Shown here: positions 56,302 through 64,000 of the stretch, piece after piece
Numbering within the stretch: the first letter of the stretch is position 1
How the letters are laid out: every line of letters starts with the position of its first letter
IMG/VR virus record: IMGVR_UViG_3300022937_000008
Coordinates: 32,001-96,000 of that record
From: a virus
Reading direction: 5' to 3' (one strand)
Length of the DNA: 64,000 nucleotides
The notes under the pieces: generated by a model
What the model saw: the letters and a program-made list of their open reading frames with translations, nothing else
What the model was told of the DNA's origin: nothing
Databases searched by the model: none
Program-made: the position numbers and the translations under genes

Positions 56302-59300
56302 TTACCTCGAATTGTTTTTATCGAAGGATCTGTGGAACATTGCTTGTGCCAATATAGATCCTTGGACACCTGCTTCGTCACCAACAAATTTTGTTTTAAC
56401 AGGAATTGTAACTCTAAGTCCTGCTGAGTTTCCAATTTCTCCTGGTCCTACTTTAACAGTACCAGCAATAAAGCTGGCTGTAAGCAAGTCAGCACCACCA
56501 ACGTTCAATCTATTTTGTAGGTATGCTTTAATTGCTCTCTGTGTAGGAACAATATTATTTGAGTCTGCTGTGAATAGTGGGTCTGTCGAGAATTCTCTAA
56601 TAACAGTTCCAGTACCACCAACTCTAATACCACCTAGTGCAAGTTCTGTCAGTCCGTTTAGATCGAAGAAGTCTGCACTAATTGTAACAATACCAGTGGC
56701 CTGTTCAACAGCAAACAACTCACCAACTCTAAAGTTTCCTGATTGGTCAGTTGATGTATAGAACACTCTACCACCGTTCTGTTCAATAACTTCGTTTTCT
56801 GGATAACTTACATAGTTTCCTGAATATAATTCAGGATAGTTACTTTGTAAGAAGTTTCCAGTTCCAACATCTAAGAAATCGTGTCCTGTAATTCTACAGT
56901 TTGAATATCTTAATCTAATTTCTACTGCGTTACCGTGGAAGTTACTTGGATCGTCCTCAATTTTTAACTCAGGTGTGACTCTAAGTCTAAGTGTAAACGT
57001 TCCGTTGGACTCTTCACTTTCTTTTTCAATTAACACAACTGTGTATAATTCAGGATTACCACTTAATCTTAACTGGGCACCTGGACCAATAACTGTATTA
57101 ATGTCACTAATTGTTAAGAATTTACCAACAGCAACAATATCAGCAAAACCATCACCTGTTACAGTAACTTGGGTGGTACTTGTTTTGTAAGCATTTCCTC
57201 TGTTTATCCAGCTAGGTTGTGCTAACACTCTATCACCCATTCTATTTAAATCTAATTCTAAATCACCTGTGTTGTTAGGATCAACAATTGTAAATGTCGG
57301 AGGTGCAGCATAACCACTACCTGGCTCCCACAATCTTACTTCACTAATTCTACCACCACCAACTACAACTCTACCTAATGCTCTAGCACCTGTGTAGAAA
57401 CGTTTGTGTGTAAATGTGATATCTCTACTAATTAATATCCATTGACCTTTTCTGTTATCGCCGCCATCGTCTGTTGTAACATCTGGATTACCAAATGCAA
57501 CTGGTCCCCAGTAGCCGTTGTCAACAACAGATTTAAGTTCCCAATTAATTCCATCATATGATTGATAGATATAATTTACAGGTCCTGCTGTTGGATCATC
57601 TCCTGAAATATCAACGCCGCCTGTATCCATAGTAGCTATAAACATACCGCCACCAAATTTTAGATCACGCCATGTCATTCTAGTTGATCCATCCGGTGTA
57701 GGCATTGTGCCTGGATACCAAAAATCTCCATCAAAGCTGTAAGCAATATCACCAAATTCTGAAATAGCAACAAATCTATTGTTACCATATGCGATCTTAA
57801 TCCAGTCTTTCTGTGAACTGTCTGCAATAACATCCATGATCACAGGAGTTTCCCATGTAAATGTATCTGTTACTGAATCATATGCACCTGAAACTGCAAA
57901 GTTATTACTTTGAGCAACTGCAACAAATTTTCCTTTACCATAAGCAACTGATTTCCATTGGTTAATTGTAGAATCACCAAATGCTGGAATGTTTGCAGCG
58001 GTATAATTAATACCGTCTGTACTGTAACAAGCATTGTTTCCATCACTTGCTACAGCAACATAAACTCCGCCGCCACTAGTGATTGATTCCCAATTAGCAC
58101 TTGCTGGTAATGCTTTGATTCCCCATGTATTTCCGTCTAATGTATATGCAAGATTATTACTTCCATATTTTACAGTAGCAAGTACATAGTTTCCGCTTAA
58201 TGCGTGACCGCCTGTTATACTAATCCAATTACCTGTTGAAGGTAAATTATTTGTTGTCCAAGTAGTACCGTCTTTAGATATGTTAGCGGTATTACCAATT
58301 GCCGACACTACACAGAATATTCCGCTTGTAGCAGTTCCTGCATATTCAAATGTTACAATTTCGTTGATACTATCGTCACTTGTTGATAATACAGTAATTA
58401 CAAGATCGTTATCAGGTGAAACACCTCCTAGATCTGTACCAGGAATAGTAATTGTATCGCCTGTTGTATAACCTGCGCCTCTTCCTCTAATGGTTACAGT
58501 ATAGTATTTTCCGCTTCTCTTAACATCCCAAGATGCAGTTGCAGGTAAAACATCAATTGTTGAACCATTTTGATCACCTGTTCCTGTAATACTTGTGTAT
58601 GTAAATGTAGTTTCGTTATATGCTATTGAAGACCATTGTGTACCAGCGTCAAGTGTAATATTTTCCTGTGAAAATTCTGGTGCTGAAAATGTAAGTCTTG
58701 GTTCAATCAAGTATCTAGCACTAGTGGTTAAACTAGTTTTAATAGGATAACCTGGAATTACATGATCCCATCCTGGTTCACCTGTTGATTCTTTTACAAC
58801 ATTTAATACTTTAGTTGTTGTATTGTAAGAAGCAACTTTTCCGTACTGTCCTGTACCGTCACCTGATGTAATAATAATTCTACAACCTAACAAATATGCT
58901 TCTTCATTATCATCGTTAGTTGCAAGAGTTATTGATGTTTCATCGCCAGACTGTGCTTGGTTACCAACTTGAATATAACCGCCACCGCCAGCTGCTCCTG
59001 AACTTGCGCCTGTTACAATTCTTGCTTCGAATAATGAATCATCTCTAAATTCTTCTTGAATGACTTCAGCGTTTGTACCAGAACCAATTACAGTATACTC
59101 AGCAGTTGTATAATTTTGTCCACAGTTTGTATATTCGAATAATAAAATTTCATCATTTACTTCACCTGCAAATGCTGAAGCAATTTTAGCGTGTTCTGTT
59201 CTTCCGTTAACTGTTGCAGTAAGTGGTGTTTCTGAAGGATCATTACCATCAGCTAATGCACCAATATAACCATAAGAGTTGTTACCGTTTGTTGCACGAA

Positions 59301-61902
59301 TTGTTCCACCAGTTTCTGCTAGATATCCAACCTGTGAGTAATATGTAAACACAGAAACAAGTTCTGCTCTACCATTATTTAAAACATGGGCACCAATACC
59401 GTCACTGATAACCTGTGTAAAGTCGTTGGACACCATTGACTTGTAGCCACCGTTGTGTAATGAACCGTCAATTTTTTGACCTGTACAGTTATCGCCAAAC
59501 GTTGTTACGTTTTGAATATATGGTGAGCGTGTTGCAATCCAACATTTTTCATCAGCTGGTCCCCAGCCTGGATCAAGTGAACAATATGCAGGCCCTGTTG
59601 GTCTTTGATATAAATCAAATACGTTAGGTGGATTTAGTGTACCTGTTAAATTTTTAACTGTTAAATTTCTAACGCCTGTTGCATCTCTGCAATAGAACAT
59701 ATCTTCTCTTTGAGATCCATTAATTTGATTAGCATAGTATCTTGATTCAAGAATAGTTCTATAATTTCCTGTATATCTTAAATCATAAACAAAAGCATCT
59801 ACATAACGTTGTACGTCTTCAACATAAAGTGCTTCTGGATATCCAGTATAATCTGGATAATTTACCTTCATGTATGCGTTAACTTCGTGTGCCAAGAACT
59901 TAGCATTTGCACCAATTGCTCTAGCACCATTAATTCTAGCACTATCGCTACTTAGATCATTAGTTCCTGTTACGTCTACATCTGTTCCTACAGAATTAAT
60001 ATGGAAGTTAACGTAATCAATAAAGTCTGTTACTCTATTATCTATTTGATTTGCTGTTGCATCATCGCCATAGATCGGAACATCATCATAAATTGGTTGT
60101 CCAGGCTGAATAATTTCTCCGCCTTCGCCAACAACTGCTGCTGTGTATTCTCCTGAAAATACAGAGTCGATAACATACACTTGTTCTTCTTCGTTGCCTG
60201 CTGTTCTTGTAACTGAATTGTTTAGAATAATTGTTCTGGCGACGTTCTTCAAATGATTTAATGCTGCAAATCTATATACTGTATCACCTGATAAAGCAGT
60301 ATTAGCTTCATTTGGTCTAACAGTAGTTGAACGTAATTCGTCACCTAACAATGAAGTTTTTGCTGGAATAATAAGTGGAAGAATTTCTGTATAATCACCA
60401 GTGCTTAATTTAACTGTAGTAGTTCCAGTGTATTCATCATTTGCACGTTCTAGTGCATATCTAATAGTTTTTAAAGGTTTAAATGGATCAATACCTGCAT
60501 TTGGATTGTCTCTATCGTCAACACCATTATAAGGATCTACATAGAAAAATCTAGACGATAAACCAAATTTATCATATCCAAGTGTTTGTTCTGATTGTAC
60601 TGTTAATAATTCGTCTTGGTTACCAATTGGCACGTTTGCTGCACCAAGTGTACTTTGGTCACCGGCTAATGTTCTTGTTAAACCATAAGTTAACAAGTCT
60701 CCAGGGTTGATCATACCAATTTGATCATCACCTAAGAGTAATACATCCCAATATACAAATCCTGACCCGTTGTCTCCAGGAAAATTTTCGGCTGTAGCTT
60801 CGTGTTCATAGTTACATGAATATGCAGTACCTCTGTAAATAATAACATCATTTACAGCATAAACTGTACCTTGTACCCAAGAACCTTTCCATGCCTGGCT
60901 TTCTACAACAACTTCCCAGTTACCTGCATCTAAATAATCTAAACTCGAACCGTCATCTGTTGAATCAAGTAACGCAATATAAAGATTGCCGCCTCGTTGC
61001 ACAACATCACCTGTTTTATAATTACCAGATGCTGCCCAAGGGCCTCTTAAATTAAATCCTTTTTCAATAATAGCCCAGTAAGTACCACCATCTGGTTGAT
61101 AAATTGAGTCACCTGGTGTTCTACCATAGCTATTTGCCGACGCTCTATAAACATATCCGCCGTGCTGTACAACATCACCAATTGCATAGTAAGTTGTTGA
61201 ATCCCATGTTCCTTTAAGTTTATGTCCAGCGATATAAACTGTAAAGTTTGAATCTGTAATTGACGATCCAGAGACGTGTCCAATCAACACTCTCATTAAA
61301 GTGCCGCCGTATTCTACGATATCGTTGGCTTTATATTTTGTATCTGAAGCCCATTCGCCTGCATAGTGAATATTTGTGTATGCAGTACCCCATTTTACTT
61401 GATCTAATTCTAAACCTTCTGCTGTTGTAGCAGCTGATGTATGACCTGTAATACATCTATAAACAATACCATTGTATCTAACTTGATCGCCAACACCGTA
61501 TCTTGTTGATGTAGCCCAATCACCTTTCCACCCTACTGCCTGAGCAATAACTGTCCAGTCAGAAAGGTTATCGTCAAAATAAGTTCCGCTAGTATGTGCA
61601 GTTCCGACAAGCCAAACGTTACCACCATAGGATACTACTTCGCCTGGGAAGTAATCGGTAGCTGTTGCCCAACTTCCTCTATAATAAACACCGTCGGTGT
61701 GCTTTTTCCATGCTGGTTGTGATACAGTGTCACCTGGTGGAACAAATGTAAAATCTGCATTGAAATTACTTGAAGTATGCTGTCTAATACAAATCCAAGA
61801 ACTACCTGCGTATAATACAACATCATCTTTGTTATATGATGTAGAGGTAGCCCAGTTGCTTCTCCAGGTATACCTAATTCTGCTTATCTTAAACTCTGCC
61901 AT
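56302..61902 (-). CDS. Giant tail-fibre / adhesin-like virion protein (1866 aa)
   Basis: Same architecture as the 48722 ORF: MAEFK, GHDFLD.GTG, GGRVF.TSTDQ.GNFRVG and VPTQRAIKAY. Confidence 0.85.
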   Translation of the reverse strand: MAEFKISRIRYTWRSNWATSTSYNKDDVVLYAGSSWICIRQHTSSNFNADFTFVPPGDTVSQPAWKKHTDGVYYRGSWATATDYFPGEVVSYGGNVWLVGTAHTSGTYFDDNLSDWTVIAQAVGWKGDWATSTRYGVGDQVRYNGIVYRCITGHTSAATTAEGLELDQVKWGTAYTNIHYAGEWASDTKYKANDIVEYGGTLMRVLIGHVSGSSITDSNFTVYIAGHKLKGTWDSTTYYAIGDVVQHGGYVYRASANSYGRTPGDSIYQPDGGTYWAIIEKGFNLRGPWAASGNYKTGDVVQRGGNLYIALLDSTDDGSSLDYLDAGNWEVVVESQAWKGSWVQGTVYAVNDVIIYRGTAYSCNYEHEATAENFPGDNGSGFVYWDVLLLGDDQIGMINPGDLLTYGLTRTLAGDQSTLGAANVPIGNQDELLTVQSEQTLGYDKFGLSSRFFYVDPYNGVDDRDNPNAGIDPFKPLKTIRYALERANDEYTGTTTVKLSTGDYTEILPLIIPAKTSLLGDELRSTTVRPNEANTALSGDTVYRFAALNHLKNVARTIILNNSVTRTAGNEEEQVYVIDSVFSGEYTAAVVGEGGEIIQPGQPIYDDVPIYGDDATANQIDNRVTDFIDYVNFHINSVGTDVDVTGTNDLSSDSARINGARAIGANAKFLAHEVNAYMKVNYPDYTGYPEALYVEDVQRYVDAFVYDLRYTGNYRTILESRYYANQINGSQREDMFYCRDATGVRNLTVKNLTGTLNPPNVFDLYQRPTGPAYCSLDPGWGPADEKCWIATRSPYIQNVTTFGDNCTGQKIDGSLHNGGYKSMVSNDFTQVISDGIGAHVLNNGRAELVSVFTYYSQVGYLAETGGTIRATNGNNSYGYIGALADGNDPSETPLTATVNGRTEHAKIASAFAGEVNDEILLFEYTNCGQNYTTAEYTVIGSGTNAEVIQEEFRDDSLFEARIVTGASSGAAGGGGYIQVGNQAQSGDETSITLATNDDNEEAYLLGCRIIITSGDGTGQYGKVASYNTTTKVLNVVKESTGEPGWDHVIPGYPIKTSLTTSARYLIEPRLTFSAPEFSQENITLDAGTQWSSIAYNETTFTYTSITGTGDQNGSTIDVLPATASWDVKRSGKYYTVTIRGRGAGYTTGDTITIPGTDLGGVSPDNDLVITVLSTSDDSINEIVTFEYAGTATSGIFCVVSAIGNTANISKDGTTWTTNNLPSTGNWISITGGHALSGNYVLATVKYGSNNLAYTLDGNTWGIKALPASANWESITSGGGVYVAVASDGNNACYSTDGINYTAANIPAFGDSTINQWKSVAYGKGKFVAVAQSNNFAVSGAYDSVTDTFTWETPVIMDVIADSSQKDWIKIAYGNNRFVAISEFGDIAYSFDGDFWYPGTMPTPDGSTRMTWRDLKFGGGMFIATMDTGGVDISGDDPTAGPVNYIYQSYDGINWELKSVVDNGYWGPVAFGNPDVTTDDGGDNRKGQWILISRDITFTHKRFYTGARALGRVVVGGGRISEVRLWEPGSGYAAPPTFTIVDPNNTGDLELDLNRMGDRVLAQPSWINRGNAYKTSTTQVTVTGDGFADIVAVGKFLTISDINTVIGPGAQLRLSGNPELYTVVLIEKESEESNGTFTLRLRVTPELKIEDDPSNFHGNAVEIRLRYSNCRITGHDFLDVGTGNFLQSNYPELYSGNYVSYPENEVIEQNGGRVFYTSTDQSGNFRVGELFAVEQATGIVTISADFFDLNGLTELALGGIRVGGTGTVIREFSTDPLFTADSNNIVPTQRAIKAYLQNRLNVGGADLLTASFIAGTVKVGPGEIGNSAGLRVTIPVKTKFVGDEAGVQGSILAQAMFHRSFDKNNSR

Positions 61903-61912
61903 ATCTTATATC

Positions 61913-62284
61913 CTAACCGTTTGATGAATGTCCTGTTGGATATTCATAGTTTTGATTAATTCTTTGTACTAACATACCTTCGTTGTCTACATAATAAAGT
62001 ATACTTCTTTCATCCCAACGATATTGTGTATAATACATATTTGTATAATTTTGTTCATGATCTGCTGCAATTCCGTCAAAGAAATCAACACCTGGTTCAA
62101 AATCTTCAAATGTGTCTTCTGGTGCTCCTGGAAGGTTAATATCAATAGTATCTTTGTCTTTTAAATTATCAACACGTCTTAGATATAATTCACCATCTGC
62201 ATTTCTGCGAATAGCATAGAAATATCTAGGACTGTCTCCTAATCCTCTTTCAGGATCTTGACCAAAGTAATAAGGACTCGCCAT
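61913..62284 (-). CDS. Hypothetical virion-associated protein
   Basis: ORF coupled in the fibre operon. Confidence 0.6.
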   Translation of the reverse strand: MASPYYFGQDPERGLGDSPRYFYAIRRNADGELYLRRVDNLKDKDTIDINLPGAPEDTFEDFEPGVDFFDGIAADHEQNYTNMYYTQYRWDERSILYYVDNEGMLVQRINQNYEYPTGHSSNG

Positions 62285-62616
62285 TATGAAATCTCCACGT
62301 AACTGACAGTAGCATCAACACTGTCGTCTGTATCAGATGCAATTCTTAAACCGGCAGTAGCAGGCAAAACTAATCTTTCACCTTGTGTAATAACCTTAGC
62401 ACTCGACCCCGGAGGAATCGGTACCTGTCTAACATAATTTCCTTGAGTAGAGTTTTCATCAACTACATAAACATCTACAAGAACTGTGTCATAATCTGAC
62501 GTGTTAGCAAGGTTACAACCAATTATTGTAGCTCTAACACCTTCTGGAATCTGTACGATATCAACCGGTGTTGTTCCTACTTGTGTTACCACTGACTGTT
62601 TAAATACTGTTGGCAT
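62284..62616 (-). CDS. Small virion structural protein
   Basis: Beta-rich 110-aa protein resembling the 48382 ORF. Confidence 0.6.
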   Translation of the reverse strand: MPTVFKQSVVTQVGTTPVDIVQIPEGVRATIIGCNLANTSDYDTVLVDVYVVDENSTQGNYVRQVPIPPGSSAKVITQGERLVLPATAGLRIASDTDDSVDATVSYVEIS

Positions 62617-62622
62617 CTTTCT

Positions 62623-63687
62623 TTATCCTAACATTAATGCAAATGATGCTGCAATGTCATTTGCTGTAATTTCAGAAACAGCACCTGAAGCACCTGCTGG
62701 TGAACTCCATGCAGCGCCGTCCCAAGTTTCCAACGCCTTAGACGTTGTGTTATATCTTGTCATACCTAATACTGCATAAGCAGTAGGTCTTTCTGCATCA
62801 GTTCCTCTTGGAGGAACAAATCCGTTGTTTGTATCAATTCTAAAATAACCAGTACCTGTTTGTGCAATTTGTGTAATTGCATTATTAGAAACGTTAGTAA
62901 TTGTGTTGTCAACAATTTCAAAGTTTCCTAATCTAACACCGCCTGCGCCTGCGCCGTCAATGTATAAATCTAATCCTGGTTGAGTTGTTATTTCGTTATT
63001 TCTAAATATTAAATTTCCGATATCAAGTGTCGGAACATTCAATGTGTCTGCATATAAATCGCCAACGTGTACTGTTAACCATCTTTGTGTTGCTGAGCCT
63101 AAACTGTAAGTTAAGTTTGTTTCTGGAATTAAATCAGAAGCAATACTTGCATTAAAAATAATTTCGTCTGTTAGTGCATCACCAATGGTGATGTTTCCGC
63201 CTAGTGTGATGTTTCCGTCTGCATTGATGCTTCCTGTAACATATAAGTTACCGTCAATATTGGTGCTTGAAAATACTTCTAGTGTTCCTGAAGCGTTAGG
63301 GCGAATTTCTAAATTAACATTACTGTTAATGGTTGAAATTACATTGTTATGAATTTCAATATCATCAACTTGTAATTTAGAATTGTAAACTACTGGGTCT
63401 GATCCTGAAGGTGCAAAAGATAACGTAGTATCACTTGAAATAGTGTTACCGGTAAAATGAAGATTACCAACGTCAAGTTGATTATCTACTGTTAGTGTTG
63501 TTGATCTTGTTGTTCCTGAAACGTGTAAATCAGTCGATGGCGAAGAAGTGTTTACACCTACACGAGCGTTGTTTACATCTAGGTATAATATGTCAGGGTC
63601 TGTTGCTCCATTTCTAAAGGTTAAATCCACACCATCACGTATGAGATTTGCCTTTAAGAGCGGCCCACTGATACGTCCAACTGCCAT
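62623..63687 (-). CDS. Virion structural / fibre protein
   Basis: Start at MAVGRISGP with an AAGGAGAG RBS; RVGVNTSSP, N.I repeats and GTDAERP...RYNT module. Confidence 0.75.
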   Translation of the reverse strand: MAVGRISGPLLKANLIRDGVDLTFRNGATDPDILYLDVNNARVGVNTSSPSTDLHVSGTTRSTTLTVDNQLDVGNLHFTGNTISSDTTLSFAPSGSDPVVYNSKLQVDDIEIHNNVISTINSNVNLEIRPNASGTLEVFSSTNIDGNLYVTGSINADGNITLGGNITIGDALTDEIIFNASIASDLIPETNLTYSLGSATQRWLTVHVGDLYADTLNVPTLDIGNLIFRNNEITTQPGLDLYIDGAGAGGVRLGNFEIVDNTITNVSNNAITQIAQTGTGYFRIDTNNGFVPPRGTDAERPTAYAVLGMTRYNTTSKALETWDGAAWSSPAGASGAVSEITANDIAASFALMLG

Positions 63688-63689
63688 TT

Positions 63690-63789
63690 GCTCTCCTTTA
63701 CACGGGGATCCTGTCCCTCCAACTACCTTACATTGCGAGTTGACCACAGTAATAGATCAACGCATGGACTACGTTGACAATTGTATTTA
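63690..63789 (-). promoter_or_regulatory. Late promoter and structured 5' leader
   Basis: TAAATA near 63785 followed by a ~90-nt leader with three possible hairpins before the RBS. Confidence 0.45.
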
Positions 63790-63803
63790 TGCCAAAAGGA
63801 GAA

Positions 63804-64000
63804 TTACCCTAACATTAGGTCATATACGACAGCTAATTGTTCCATTAATGGTTCGTTTACTTCTTCACCACCACCTGTTGAACGTCTATATCCGTCGCCA
63901 GTTTGAGACCCTACTGTGATAGTAATATCGTTGAGTGGACTAGCACCACCTACAAACACAGTTCCTGGTATTAGTAGAGTATCGCCTACGTTGTAGCCAA
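63804..64000 (-). CDS. C-terminus of a virion structural protein (partial)
   Basis: Hand translation ...GYNVGDTLLIPGTVFVGGASPLNDITIT...LAVVYDLMLG*; ends in LMLG like the 62623 ORF. Confidence 0.7.
   Translation of the reverse strand, partial: GYNVGDTLLIPGTVFVGGASPLNDITITVGSQTGDGYRRSTGGGEEVNEPLMEQLAVVYDLMLG

Noticed and set aside
1-64000. Stop-codon reassignment, tRNA genes or introns
   Set aside because: Genes are full length and tightly packed under the standard code, and no cloverleaf or split gene was seen by eye; tRNAscan-SE would confirm.

Overview
The window is part of an AT-rich, T4-related jumbo myovirus genome in the standard genetic code, probably aquatic; no rRNA, tRNA, CRISPR array or IS element was seen. 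In order it contains: glycosyl- and nucleotidyl-transferases; an APS-kinase/nucleotidyltransferase/sulfotransferase trio; uvsY, uvsX and gp32; small ORFs including a 23-aa PqqA (PQQ precursor peptide, 6993-7064, missed by the ORF track) with its own promoter, structured leader and terminator; and the packaging, neck and tail module (gp17, gp16-like, gp4, gp19, gp18, gp13-15). Next come putative virion appendage proteins (a cupredoxin-tipped protein and a subtilase), then a 15-kb block of two convergent operons encoding 4 flavin-dependent halogenases and about 12 Fe(II)/2OG oxygenases, each operon headed by a late-promoter motif. The window ends with three Gly/His-rich fibre paralogs and two giant tail-fibre-like proteins. 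A TAAATA/TAAGTA late-promoter motif lies exactly 5 nt before the ATG of nine genes, suggesting leaderless late mRNAs. All calls come from reading motifs by eye; no database searches were run.
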